64,000 nt of DNA, from NCBI GenBank assembly GCA_051252375.1, contig JBPOFY010000005.1:32001-96000 (forward strand), given 5' to 3'. A program made the position numbers and the translations under genes. The notes under the pieces were generated by a model. The model did no database searches. It worked only from the letters and a program-made list of their open reading frames with translations, and was not told the DNA's origin. Source of the DNA: Opitutaceae bacterium (lineage in GTDB: Bacteria; Verrucomicrobiota; Verrucomicrobiia; Opitutales; Coraliomargaritaceae). This document shows, in pieces, positions 1-17,615 of the stretch (position 1 is the stretch's first letter; every line of letters begins with the position of its first letter).

Positions 1-2
1 AA

Positions 3-3326
<3,324 letters not shown>

Positions 3327-3367
3327 GGACACACTTAACCGCTAATTTTCAAAAAAGGTTTTAATCA

Positions 3368-7606
<4,239 letters not shown>

Positions 7607-7628
7607 TCCAAAAGGAAATCAATCTAAC

Positions 7629-7663
7629 AAAGCGGGAGCCTCGAAAGAGCTCCCGCTTTTTTT
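7629..7663 (+). terminator. Intrinsic terminator after rpoC
   Basis: AAAGCGGGAGC-CTCGAAAGA-GCTCCCGCTTT hairpin followed by a T run. Confidence 0.9.
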
Positions 7664-7677
7664 GTGGGTAGGTAATC

Positions 7678-7907
7678 GGTAGTGCAGCACCGTCTAGGTG
7701 CGCATCGATGTCAGGCAAGCGAGGCATGTCGAACGTTCGTGCTGAGACCCGTGGAATGGGACTTTAAGCGTATATACAGGCATGATTACGTAACATCATT
7801 TGGAGGGCAATGCTCCGTCATTGCCGCAGAAACGCCTAAATGCATCAAACCATCGGCGGTTGCGACACTTCGACGGGCTCAGGTCAGGACGGAGCGCAAC
7901 CCTCGAG
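7678..7907. repeat. Cluster of REP-like palindromic repeats with nested micro-insert
   Basis: 7801-7826 TGGAGGGCAATGCTCCGTCATTGCCG is the exact reverse complement of 32789-32814. GCACCGTCTAGGTG recurs at ~28732. The right arm at 7857-7904 is interrupted by a TTCGAC..GCTCAGG insert. Confidence 0.75.
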
Positions 7908-8009
7908 GTTTATACCGAATTCCTTCTTAAGGTAGTGCCATGCTGCCTGCCTCGGGCCGGACTCGTGTTTAGTTTCGCTTTTCAGCAATTACTGCGTATT
8001 AGTTTTCCT

Positions 8010-8798
8010 ATGAAAACCACACTTCGTTCAGTATTCGTTACGCTCTTTATTTCACTTTCCACAGTCAGTGTCCTCTCTGCGGGGTTTAAGGATTGGAGCA
8101 GTAAAGCGCTCTCGGTGTTTGATAAGACAACGGATGCAGAAGCAGTGGCCGGTTCCGCTTTTAGCAGTGCGGAAGATTTAGCAGCTGCCTTACGTGAAGC
8201 CTTGGCTGTATCGGCGGAACGTGCGCTGAAGGACCTGAGTCAGAAAGGTGGTTTTGCTAATTCCGAACTCTACAAAATACCCCTGCCTAAGACGATCGAG
8301 AGCTTGCGTAAGCCTTTGCAGTTGGTGAACCGTGAAGACCTGTTGAATGATTTTGAGGCGACCTTGAACCGCGCGGCAGAAAAGGGCGTGGCTGCGGCAC
8401 CGGCGGTCGTGAAATACACGATTCAAAGTCTCACCTTAGAAGATCTGAATGAGCTCTGGAAAGGGGAGGACGATGCGATCACTCGCTTTTTAGAGAAACG
8501 TTCGCGTGATCAATTGGCCATTCGCACTTTGCCTTTGATAGCTGAAGCGACCAATTCAACCGGTGCCACAGCATCTTATAAGCGTATGTATGAGGCGGTG
8601 CCACAGACCGGTGGAGGTTTATTTTCCAAGGTGCAGTCATTCACTGGGATCGGCGTGAAAGATTTTGATCTCGATCAATATGTGAATGAGAAAGCCTTGG
8701 ATGCACTGTTTGCTGCCATGGCTGCCGAAGAAAAAGCGATTCGCGAAAACCCGGTAGCACGTTCGACTTCTCTGCTAAAGAAGCTCTTTGGTCAGTAG
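8010..8798 (+). CDS. DUF4197-like secreted protein
   Basis: Signal peptide from ATG 8010; ALREALAVS..KIPLP..LNRAAE..E.E..IRENPVARSTSLLKKLFG pattern. The ORF-track start at 7800 lies in repeats. Confidence 0.85.
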   Translation: MKTTLRSVFVTLFISLSTVSVLSAGFKDWSSKALSVFDKTTDAEAVAGSAFSSAEDLAAALREALAVSAERALKDLSQKGGFANSELYKIPLPKTIESLRKPLQLVNREDLLNDFEATLNRAAEKGVAAAPAVVKYTIQSLTLEDLNELWKGEDDAITRFLEKRSRDQLAIRTLPLIAEATNSTGATASYKRMYEAVPQTGGGLFSKVQSFTGIGVKDFDLDQYVNEKALDALFAAMAAEEKAIRENPVARSTSLLKKLFGQ

Positions 8799-8840
8799 AC
8801 TAAATCAAGCCTATTAAGATTTGATCGGCTCGGGGAGAAT

Positions 8841-8916
8841 GGTAGGGACGCCTGTCCCTAGGCGTCCGCAGAGCATGGTCCCAACAAGCGGACGGCTGAG
8901 GGCAGCCGTCCCTACC
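8841..8916. repeat. GTAG-type REP doublet (REPIN-like)
   Basis: GGTAGGGACG-hairpin-CGTCCGC ... GCGGACG-hairpin-CGTCCCTACC in inverted orientation. Confidence 0.85.
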
Positions 8917-8951
8917 TAGTCTCACGCGCTCCTCAAAGTAATGCCTCTACC

Positions 8952-8983
8952 AAAAAAAACGGTCACTTTTGAGAGTGACCGTT
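8952..8983 (-). terminator. Intrinsic terminator after the distal P-II gene
   Basis: On the minus strand AACGGTCACTCTCAAAAGTGACCG followed by T8. Confidence 0.85.
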
Positions 8984-9008
8984 GATTAAATGTGAGTGAA
9001 TCGAGTGC

Positions 9009-9362
<354 letters not shown>

Positions 9363-9418
9363 TTAATTGGTTATAAATTTCAATGGTTTGCTAAAACCTG
9401 TTTCAAGAATCAGTGGGC

Positions 9419-10753
9419 TTATTCGAAGTGATAAGCGGTTTCGCCGTGTTCAGCGGAGTCGAGTCCGGTGAACTCAGTTTCTTCGTCGACGCGCAACCCT
9501 GTGGTGAACTTGCAGACCAAGACGATGATCACTGTCGCAACTGCAGACCAAGCGATGACTGCAGCAAGTGCGATGGCTTGAGTGGTGAGCTGACCGAACA
9601 TATCTTCAACACCTGTGCCACCGAAGGCTGCAGTGCCAAAGACGGCGACGAGAAGTGTGCCCATGATACCACCAACACCGTGCACGGCAAAGACGTCGAG
9701 CGAGTCATCAATCTTCAGCTTGCCCTTAACGATGCCACACATGAAGTAGCAGACGACGCCAGCGAGGAAGCCGAGAAGGACTGCACCGAGTGGTCCGACA
9801 TTACCTGAAGCAGGTGTAATTGTGGCGAGACCAGCAACCATGCCTGTGACGATACCGACAAGTCCAGGTTTACCTGTTTTGATCCATTCGATGGTCATCC
9901 AAGTCAAACTGGCGACTGCCGCGGAGATGTGTGTAACGAGCATTGTCATACCAGCAGCTTCGTTAGCAGCAAGTTGGCTACCGGCGTTGAAGCCGAACCA
10001 ACCGACCCAAAGCATGGACGCACCAATCATGACCATGCCAGGGCTGTGTGGCACGTGTAGCTTCTTTGGGAAACCTTCACGTGGACCAACAAATTTAGCG
10101 AGAAGTAGGGCAGAGATGCCTGCGGTGGCGTGCACCACGATGCCCCCAGCGAGGTCGATGACGCCGCGTGCCTGTAGCCAGCCGCCGCCCCATACCCAGT
10201 GCGTGACAGGTGCGTAGACTAGAATCAGCCAGAGAGCGGTAAAGAGGAGGATCGCGCTAAATTTCATACGCTCGACGAAAGCGCCGACGATCAAGCCGGG
10301 TGTGATGATCGCGAATGTCATCTGAAACATGATGAACACTGTCTCAGGGATGTCGCCACTGAGCGTGCTGGTGGCAATGCCTCTGAGTCCCAAGTGTTCG
10401 AAGCCACCTGCCCAGCCGCAACCATCAGCAAAAGCGATGCTATAGAGACCTGCTATCCAGAGCACGGATGCTAAACATGCGATTGCGAAGCAGTGCATTA
10501 ATACGGAAAGTAGATTTTGCGCACGAACCAAGCCGCCGTAGAAGAGGGCAAGACCGGGAAGTGTCATGAAGAGCACAAGCACGGTAGCGGTGAGCATCCA
10601 CGCAGTGTTGCTAGAGTTAAGCTCGGCTGTTTCGGCGACGATTTCTGCTGCTTCAGTGACTGTTGCCAGCGCATCGTTGGCTTCTTGGGCGGATGAGATT
10701 CCTGGCAATATAAATAGAGCTAGGAAACTGACTATACTGAGTAGTTTCTTCAT
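9419..10753 (-). CDS. amtB: Ammonium transporter (AmtB-type)
   Basis: FQMTFAIITP, DLAGGIVVH, WFGFNAGS, DDSLDVFAVHGVGG (twin His); signal-like N-terminus from ATG 10753. Confidence 0.95.
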   Translation of the reverse strand: MKKLLSIVSFLALFILPGISSAQEANDALATVTEAAEIVAETAELNSSNTAWMLTATVLVLFMTLPGLALFYGGLVRAQNLLSVLMHCFAIACLASVLWIAGLYSIAFADGCGWAGGFEHLGLRGIATSTLSGDIPETVFIMFQMTFAIITPGLIVGAFVERMKFSAILLFTALWLILVYAPVTHWVWGGGWLQARGVIDLAGGIVVHATAGISALLLAKFVGPREGFPKKLHVPHSPGMVMIGASMLWVGWFGFNAGSQLAANEAAGMTMLVTHISAAVASLTWMTIEWIKTGKPGLVGIVTGMVAGLATITPASGNVGPLGAVLLGFLAGVVCYFMCGIVKGKLKIDDSLDVFAVHGVGGIMGTLLVAVFGTAAFGGTGVEDMFGQLTTQAIALAAVIAWSAVATVIIVLVCKFTTGLRVDEETEFTGLDSAEHGETAYHFE

Positions 10754-10902
10754 AAGTATTGGTAGTTGTGTAATAAGAGCGTTTTTTGGGTAGTGGTGGC
10801 GCATAGCATTATCAAGGGGAGGGCAGCGTCCAGTTTTTTTTTATGAATGGAACTCGACTTACTCGCAGGGGGGATGAGTAGAATGCATGTGAATCGGTTG
10901 CA

Positions 10903-11005
10903 GGGAACATCGAACGCTCAACATCGAACGTCCAATGTCGAACGAGTGGCTTCGTGTCTGAATGATTCATTATTCGACGTTGAGTGTTGAGCGTTTGACG
11001 TTCCC
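10903..11005. repeat. Inverted pair of heptamer tandem arrays (AACRTYS-like units)
   Basis: GGGAACATCG AACGCTC AACATCG AACGTCC AATGTCG AA ... TTCGACGTT GAGTGTT GAGCGTT TGACGTT CCC. Confidence 0.8.
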
Positions 11006-11015
11006 GTTGCTCGAC

Positions 11016-11050
11016 AAAAAAACCGGCCACCCTTTGCAGGATGGCCGGTT
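11016..11050 (-). terminator. Intrinsic terminator after the proximal P-II gene
   Basis: On the minus strand AACCGGCCATCCTGCAAAGGGTGGCCGG followed by T7. Confidence 0.88.
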
Positions 11051-11076
11051 GAAGTGAGAATTATCTCAGGCTGAGC

Positions 11077-11448
<372 letters not shown>

Positions 11449-11459
11449 CTAGTCGAAAC

Positions 11460-12851
11460 TTAGCGAGAGCTAGCTCCGAAGTCAGGATAAGCTTCTTGGC
11501 CGTGCTCACCGATGTCGAGACCTTCTGCCTCTTCTTCAGGTGATACGCGGACTCCGATAGTGACCTTCAAGAGACCGAAGACGATCAGCGAGAAGATAAA
11601 GGCGAATGCGCCAATCGAAAGTGTGCCGATCAACTGGATGCCGAAACCGGCAGCGTCGCTGAAGAGGGCAACGGCTAGTGTGCCGAAGATACCACAAACA
11701 CCGTGGACAGAGATCGCACCGACTGGATCGTCGATCTTGATCTTGTCGAAGAAGATGATGGAGAAGACTACCAAGATACCAGCGATGAGACCTGTAAGGA
11801 TCGCGAACTTAGGCATGATGGAGTCAGCACCGGCTGTGATACCGACAAGACCTGCAAGGATACCATTGAGTGCCATGGAAAGGTCAGGCTTCTTGAGGAA
11901 GATCCAAGATGTGAAGATTGCACCGAGACCACCCGCTGCCGCAGCAAGCGCTGTTGTCACGAATACGAGCGATACCAAGTAAGGGTCTGCATTGAGAACC
12001 GAACCACCGTTGAATCCGAACCAACCGAGGAAGAGAAGGAAAACACCGATTGTCGCGAGTGGCATGCTGTGCCCAAGGATTGGTCTGATGCGACCGCCGA
12101 CATATTTACCGGCACGAGGTCCGAGGATGATCGCACAGGCAAGAGCGGCGAAACCACCAAAACCGTGAACGAGGGACGAACCAGCGAAGTCGTAGAAGCC
12201 ACGAGCGGACAACCAACCTCCACCCCACTGCCATGAGCCAGTGATTGGGTAAGCGAAAGTCACAAGCAATGTTGCGAAGATCATGAAAGAAGAAAGCTTG
12301 ATACGCTCAGCAACCGCACCGGAAACGATGGTAGCCGCTGTAGCTGCGAACATAGCTTGGAAGATGAAGTCTGTATACCATGTGTAGTCAGCATACTCAG
12401 CTGTCATCAGGTCAACAGAAGCGGTGACATCGAACCATGAACCCATGGCGAACACACCGGCGGAACCTTCTGCGAATCCAGGATACATCGCATTGAAGCC
12501 CCAGAGTGCGTAGGAGATGATACCCATGCTGATGATGAAAACATTCTTAAAGAGAATGTTTACAGTGTTCTTGGATTGGCCGAGACCGGATTCAACTGTG
12601 GCGAAACCGAGGTGCATGATGAACACCAATGCGGCAGAGATCAGTAGCCAAAGGTTGCTGATGGTGAAGAAGGCTGCACCGGGCGTTTCCATAAAAGCTG
12701 CATAAGCATCTTCAAATGGAATTGCGTCGGCGACGGCTTCAACGGCTTCTGCGACTTCTTCAACTGGGAGATCCTGAGCACCGAGCGAGCCGGCCATCAG
12801 AAACGCCGAGCTGCCGAGCAGCAAAGCGAGTAGGTATTTCTTAATCTTCAT
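11460..12851 (-). CDS. amt: Ammonium transporter (Amt1-type)
   Basis: FQAMFAATAATIVSGAVAER, DFAGSSLVH, WFGFNGGS, DDPVGAISVHG. Confidence 0.95.
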   Translation of the reverse strand: MKIKKYLLALLLGSSAFLMAGSLGAQDLPVEEVAEAVEAVADAIPFEDAYAAFMETPGAAFFTISNLWLLISAALVFIMHLGFATVESGLGQSKNTVNILFKNVFIISMGIISYALWGFNAMYPGFAEGSAGVFAMGSWFDVTASVDLMTAEYADYTWYTDFIFQAMFAATAATIVSGAVAERIKLSSFMIFATLLVTFAYPITGSWQWGGGWLSARGFYDFAGSSLVHGFGGFAALACAIILGPRAGKYVGGRIRPILGHSMPLATIGVFLLFLGWFGFNGGSVLNADPYLVSLVFVTTALAAAAGGLGAIFTSWIFLKKPDLSMALNGILAGLVGITAGADSIMPKFAILTGLIAGILVVFSIIFFDKIKIDDPVGAISVHGVCGIFGTLAVALFSDAAGFGIQLIGTLSIGAFAFIFSLIVFGLLKVTIGVRVSPEEEAEGLDIGEHGQEAYPDFGASSR

Positions 12852-12963
12852 TGTATTTTTTATAGTCAGGTTGATTGCGTTGTTTAGGAGTTGAGGTCAG
12901 CCGCCTTCGGTAATGTGAAGTGACTGACTTGGCTCGCGTCTAAAATGCGAACTCGGATGTTTA

Positions 12964-12980
12964 AGCATTCGTTGTGCCAA
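12964..12980 (-). promoter_or_regulatory. Sigma-54 (-24/-12) promoter for amt-glnK
   Basis: Minus strand TTGGCACAACGAATGCT = TGGCAC-N5-ATGC with exact GG-N10-GC spacing, ~110 nt upstream of the amt start. Confidence 0.85.
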
Positions 12981-13247
12981 TTATTCGTTTTTGAAATATA
13001 AGTTTAATTTAGACTTTAAAACTAGGGGAGGGTGCCTCTGTGTTTTGTATTAATTGCTGCATTACAATGGTTTGTGTAATTAGTTAAATTTGTGCGCTAT
13101 TTTAGCGATTTCGGAATATTTTTCTAAATCGTCATAAATGCGCACTAAAAGGACACTATCAGGTGGCGAATTAAATGGGTGGAACTTGCCTCTTGAATTT
13201 TGCAAATACGCGTTGCTTCTCTGAAACATTCAGTGAAACTTCGCCCC

Positions 13248-14357
13248 ATGCCTAAAAAGAAAACTGCCAAGAAGATCGCGAAGAAGGGACCTGCTGCCTA
13301 TCAAGCGCCTGAGTTTCTCGTTAATTTGCTAGATGCACGCTCACCTACTGGAGCGGAGTATGAGGCACAAGCAGTCGTCGATGCGCACATTGAGCCTGTC
13401 GTGGACTTGTATCGTAAAGACACCATGGGCAATCGCTTCGCCACGGTGAACCCCAATGGCGACCCTTCGATATTATTTGCAGGGCACATCGATGAGCTTG
13501 GCTTAATTATCACCTACATCGACGACAATGGCTTTGTGTATTTCGATACTTTAGGTGGTCACGATAAGACCATGATCTCGGGGCGTCGTGTTTCTATTTT
13601 AACTAAGAAAGGTGTCGTCAAGGCTGTCACTGGGAAGCGTGCCATTCATTTAATGAGCCCGGAAGACCGTAAGAAGGTGCCCGAAACGCACGAGATTTGG
13701 ATCGATTTGGCAGTGAAGAGCAAGGCCGAGGCTGAAAAGCTGGTTCGTATCGGCGACGTCGCGGTTTACGACCAGAGTTTTGAGCTCATTCGCGGTAGTG
13801 TCGGTGTCGCCCGTGCCTTCGATGACAAGGCTGGTGCCTATGCTGTGCTCGAAGCAGTGCGTCGATTGGCCACTTCTAAAGGAAAGTTGGCGGCTCGTGT
13901 GACTGCCGCTGCCACTACGCAGGAAGAGATTGGCACCCGTGGTGCGATGACGGCTGCTTATTCTGAAAACCCTGATTTCGCAATTGCTGTGGATGTGGGG
14001 CATGCCACCGATTCGCCGGACTGTGATCCGCGCAAATACGGTAAGTTCGTGCAAGGCGGCGGTCCTATCATCTGCCGTGGTCCGAATATTAACCCTGTGA
14101 TTTTCGAGCGCATTGTTGAAGTGGCGGAGAAAAACAAGATTCCGTATCAAATCGAAGCCGATCCGCGCCCAACTGGCACCGATGCCCGCGCCATTCAAGT
14201 GGCTCAATCCGGTATCGCGACTGGTTTGCTTTCGATCCCACTTCGTTACATGCACACACCGAGTGAAATGGTGGACCTGCAAGATATCGAATACACCGTC
14301 CAGTTGTTGGTCGGTGTCGCTCGTTCGCTCAAGAAGGGTGAACGTGGTATTTGGTAG
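13248..14357 (+). CDS. M42 family metallo-aminopeptidase
   Basis: GHIDELG, AFDDKAG, TTQEEIG, AVDVGHA, GTDA, PLRYMHTPSE; likely ATG at 13248. Confidence 0.92.
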   Translation: MPKKKTAKKIAKKGPAAYQAPEFLVNLLDARSPTGAEYEAQAVVDAHIEPVVDLYRKDTMGNRFATVNPNGDPSILFAGHIDELGLIITYIDDNGFVYFDTLGGHDKTMISGRRVSILTKKGVVKAVTGKRAIHLMSPEDRKKVPETHEIWIDLAVKSKAEAEKLVRIGDVAVYDQSFELIRGSVGVARAFDDKAGAYAVLEAVRRLATSKGKLAARVTAAATTQEEIGTRGAMTAAYSENPDFAIAVDVGHATDSPDCDPRKYGKFVQGGGPIICRGPNINPVIFERIVEVAEKNKIPYQIEADPRPTGTDARAIQVAQSGIATGLLSIPLRYMHTPSEMVDLQDIEYTVQLLVGVARSLKKGERGIW

Positions 14358-14483
14358 GCGTAGAGGGCTCGCAAGGAGTCCGTCTCAAAGGAGAAACATT
14401 ACATTTTTCGAAGTTAAGAGTAAGGCAGCCACTTCTGGCATGCCAATTACGGTTCTCATTCATCTCAGTTAAAATATATACAT

Positions 14484-15686
14484 ATGAATCTTTCCATTTT
14501 GTCCTGTGCTCCTAAATGCTATTCGACTCGTCGCCTGGTCGAAGCAGCAAAACAACGCAAACATACCGTTACAGTTGCGGACACAACACGTCTCAATCTC
14601 GATCTAGCTCATGGAGAGCCCGATCTTTATTACAAGGATGCCCCGATTGTTCGCCCGGATGCCATCTTGCCTCGTATTGGTGCTTCGTTGACTCGTTACG
14701 GCACCTCCGTGGTTCGTCAGTTCGAGCAAATGGATATTTATACGCCCAATACTTCGGCTGGTATCAGCAACTCGCGGGATAAACTACGAAGCCTGCAAAT
14801 TCTTTCACGCCACGATATTGGGATCCCATTGACTGCCTATATCGACGATAAGCGTGATGTGGAAAGTGCGCTTGAGCGTGTCGGTGGTGCGCCGGTCATT
14901 ATTAAGCTGCTCGAAGGTACTCAAGGTGTTGGCGTTATTTTGGCGGATAAGCTAGAAATCGCCAAAGCCATTATTGAGACTTTGCACAGCACCAACCAGC
15001 AAGTGCTCTTACAAAAATTCGTCTCAGAAAGTAAGGGCAAGGACGTCCGTGCTTTTGTCATCGGCGACCGAGTGGTTGGCGCGATACGCCGGACTGCACA
15101 AGGGCAAGAGTTTCGTAGCAACGTGCATCGAGGCGGAAAAGCCGAGGCAATCGATTTAGACCCAGCCTATGCCGAAGCAGCTGTGCGTGCAGCGCAAATC
15201 ATGGGCTTGCGTGTCTGCGGAGTCGATATGCTGGAGAGTTCAACGGGTCCGCAAGTGATGGAAGTGAATTCATCACCTGGCCTAGAAGGTATTGAAGGGG
15301 CGACGGGCTTGGATATCGCAGGGGCAGTTATCGATTATATTGCCGATCAAGTGAAGTTTCCTGAGATTGATATCCGTCAACGACTGACAGTCAGTCGAGG
15401 TTATGGTGTTGCGGATATTAATATCCCTGCGGGTAGCAAATTTGTCGGCATGACCATCAAAGAAACCGAACTACGCGAACAGGATGTAGTGGTGCTCACG
15501 CTTCGACGTGGCAGCAGTGTCATTTCCAATCCGAAAGGCAGCCGCGTCTTAGAAGCCGACGATTCTTTACTCTGCTACGGTCGTGCTGAGAATATGAAAT
15601 CATTGATTCCAGACAACCTTCCAAAGAAGCGTGGCAAACTCAAACCTTTGCCAACCACGCCCGTGACAGAAGGCACAACTCTTTAA
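14484..15686 (+). CDS. rimK: RimK-family alpha-L-glutamate ligase with C-terminal TrkA_C (RCK_C) domain
   Basis: LPRIGAS, SRDKLRSLQ, KLLEGTQGVGV, EFRSNVHRGG, EVNSSPGLEG; C-terminal GSKFVGMTIKE..VVVLTLRRG..NPKG..LEADDSL is TrkA_C-like. Confidence 0.9.
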   Translation: MNLSILSCAPKCYSTRRLVEAAKQRKHTVTVADTTRLNLDLAHGEPDLYYKDAPIVRPDAILPRIGASLTRYGTSVVRQFEQMDIYTPNTSAGISNSRDKLRSLQILSRHDIGIPLTAYIDDKRDVESALERVGGAPVIIKLLEGTQGVGVILADKLEIAKAIIETLHSTNQQVLLQKFVSESKGKDVRAFVIGDRVVGAIRRTAQGQEFRSNVHRGGKAEAIDLDPAYAEAAVRAAQIMGLRVCGVDMLESSTGPQVMEVNSSPGLEGIEGATGLDIAGAVIDYIADQVKFPEIDIRQRLTVSRGYGVADINIPAGSKFVGMTIKETELREQDVVVLTLRRGSSVISNPKGSRVLEADDSLLCYGRAENMKSLIPDNLPKKRGKLKPLPTTPVTEGTTL

Positions 15687-15695
15687 CAAGCACGC

Positions 15696-16118
15696 ATGAG
15701 TGAATCTTTAATGGTTATTGGCTGGCGTGAATGGGTCGAGCTTCCTGTATGGGGAATTCGAATGCGCGCGAAAGCAGATACGGGAGCTAAGAGCAGTGCG
15801 ATCGATTGCGCCGAGATTACTGAACTGCCGGATGAGCGAGTTCGTTTCACGATTCGTTTGGATCGCAAAGAGAAAAAGCTCGTTACGGTCGAAGAGCCGA
15901 TAGCCTTGCGTAAACGCGTGCGCAGTAGCACTGGTGTCGGGCGTGATCGAATTTTTGTAGAAACAACGCTTCGCCTTGGTGAGTCCGAAAAGAAAGTGCT
16001 TATCAATCTCGTCTGCCGTAAAACGATGATTCATCGTATGCTTCTAGGGCGAGAGACTTTGGGTGGATCTTTTTTAGTCGATAGCTCTGTCGATCACTGG
16101 GTGACTCCAAAGAAGTAG
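15696..16118 (+). CDS. Retropepsin-like 'putative ATP-dependent zinc protease' (RimB-like)
   Basis: IGWREWVELP..AKADTGAKSSAI (DTG aspartic motif)..VRSSTG..MLLGRE; immediately after rimK. Confidence 0.88.
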   Translation: MSESLMVIGWREWVELPVWGIRMRAKADTGAKSSAIDCAEITELPDERVRFTIRLDRKEKKLVTVEEPIALRKRVRSSTGVGRDRIFVETTLRLGESEKKVLINLVCRKTMIHRMLLGRETLGGSFLVDSSVDHWVTPKK

Positions 16119-16172
16119 CAGGGGCTACCCGCGGTTTAAAATTATCAAAAGGGATCAGGAAAGTGCACAACT

Positions 16173-17231
16173 ATGAAAGCTAAATCCAAAATCGTTATTG
16201 GCGGAGTCACTATTAAACGTGGAACAGCGCAAGACATACGCCTCGATATTTCAGAGACCTATACCGGAGATAAAATCCGTATTCCACTTCGAGTGATACG
16301 TGCCAAGAAGCCGGGACCTGCGGTGTTTGTGACCGCTGCGATTCATGGCGATGAGATCAATGGCACGGGCATTATTCACGACTTTCTTTTCGGAGACATA
16401 ATCCATTTGGAAGCCGGCATGTTGATCCTCGCTCCTGTGGTGAATGTCTTCGGTTTTGAAGCGCATGAGCGCTATCTGCCGGATCGTCGTGACCTCAATC
16501 GTTCGTTTCCGGGAAATGCGAAAGGTAGTTTAGCCAGCCGTATTGCGAATACACTGATGGAAGAGATCGTGGATAAATGCGATTATGGAATCGATCTGCA
16601 TACCGCAGCATTTCAACGCACAAATTATCCGAACGTCAGGGCAGATCTTTCGCATCCGGGCGCGAAAAAGTTAGCATCTGCCTTTGGCTGCACGCTCGTG
16701 GTTGATGGCAAAGGGCCGTTGGGATCCTTTCGCCGTGAAGCGAGTAAGCGCGGTTGCCCAACAATGATTCTTGAAGCAGGCGAACCGTGGAAAATTGAGC
16801 CATCGGTTCTGCAGATCGGCGTGCAAGGCATTCGCAATGTGTTGAATGCGCTGGGTATGTTGAAAGCAGAGCCTGTGTTGCCGCCATTTCAGGCGAATAT
16901 CCGTAAAACCTATTGGTTGCGCGCGACCGTCGGCGGTATTTTGAAATTCCATGTCAGCCCCGGTGATTTTGTCGAAGCAGATCAACCAATCGTTACGAAT
17001 TACAGTATCCTTGGCGTTGAGCAAAACTCAATCGCAGCGCCAACGGATGGTATTGTGCTCGGTATGACAACCATGCCGGCAGTAAAGCCAGGTGAGCCCA
17101 TTTGCCATATTGCTCGATTGACCAAGGTGCAACTGAATCGCTACCGCAAGAAACTGAACGCCGCAAAGGAAGATCCACACTCTCAAGCTCAGGTCGATTT
17201 AGCGACTAGCATGGATGTGGTGGAAGGGTAG
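16173..17231 (+). CDS. Succinylglutamate desuccinylase/aspartoacylase family (M14-like) hydrolase
   Basis: AAIHGDEING, RYLPDRRDLNRSFPG, GIDLHT, LEAGE, C-terminal hybrid domain. Confidence 0.9.
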   Translation: MKAKSKIVIGGVTIKRGTAQDIRLDISETYTGDKIRIPLRVIRAKKPGPAVFVTAAIHGDEINGTGIIHDFLFGDIIHLEAGMLILAPVVNVFGFEAHERYLPDRRDLNRSFPGNAKGSLASRIANTLMEEIVDKCDYGIDLHTAAFQRTNYPNVRADLSHPGAKKLASAFGCTLVVDGKGPLGSFRREASKRGCPTMILEAGEPWKIEPSVLQIGVQGIRNVLNALGMLKAEPVLPPFQANIRKTYWLRATVGGILKFHVSPGDFVEADQPIVTNYSILGVEQNSIAAPTDGIVLGMTTMPAVKPGEPICHIARLTKVQLNRYRKKLNAAKEDPHSQAQVDLATSMDVVEG

Positions 17232-17264
17232 CGCCTAGGCTTTCTTGGTGTGCTCGCTTTTCTT

Positions 17265-17348
17265 CTGGAGGGACGAGCTTCTGCTCGTCCGCTTTAGTCA
17301 GTGTGCCAACCAGATTAGATGGCGGACGTGTAAAACACGTCCCTCCAG
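17265..17348. repeat. GGAG-type REP doublet
   Basis: CTGGAGGGACGAGC..GCTCGTCCGC ... GCGGACGTGTAAAACACGTCCCTCCAG. Confidence 0.85.
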
Positions 17349-17615
17349 TAGATTCCTGTCGCTCGTTGCGTTGCCTGTTCGTCCGGTAGGACTCTGGTAT
17401 TTTTGATAAACGTTTCGAATTCTTTTGTGTTACCTAAATTTCTGAATATCATTTATTTAGGTTTTAGAAGGCGGACTAACTTTATGAAGTTCATATGCCG
17501 TTAGTCAGTCGATTCGGAATCGGATACCCACTCGGAAAACCGACTAGTGATTCTGGCACGTATAACTACGGGATCACTTATACCAAGCACGTTATAATTT
17601 ATTGATACCTAGCAA

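Noticed and set aside
7800..8009. N-terminal 70 aa of the 332-aa ORF
   Set aside because: This is read-through of REP-like repeats; the signal peptide begins at ATG 8010.
17553..17570. Sigma-54 promoter upstream of the USP gene (TGGCACG)
   Set aside because: The -12 GC is missing at the required spacing.
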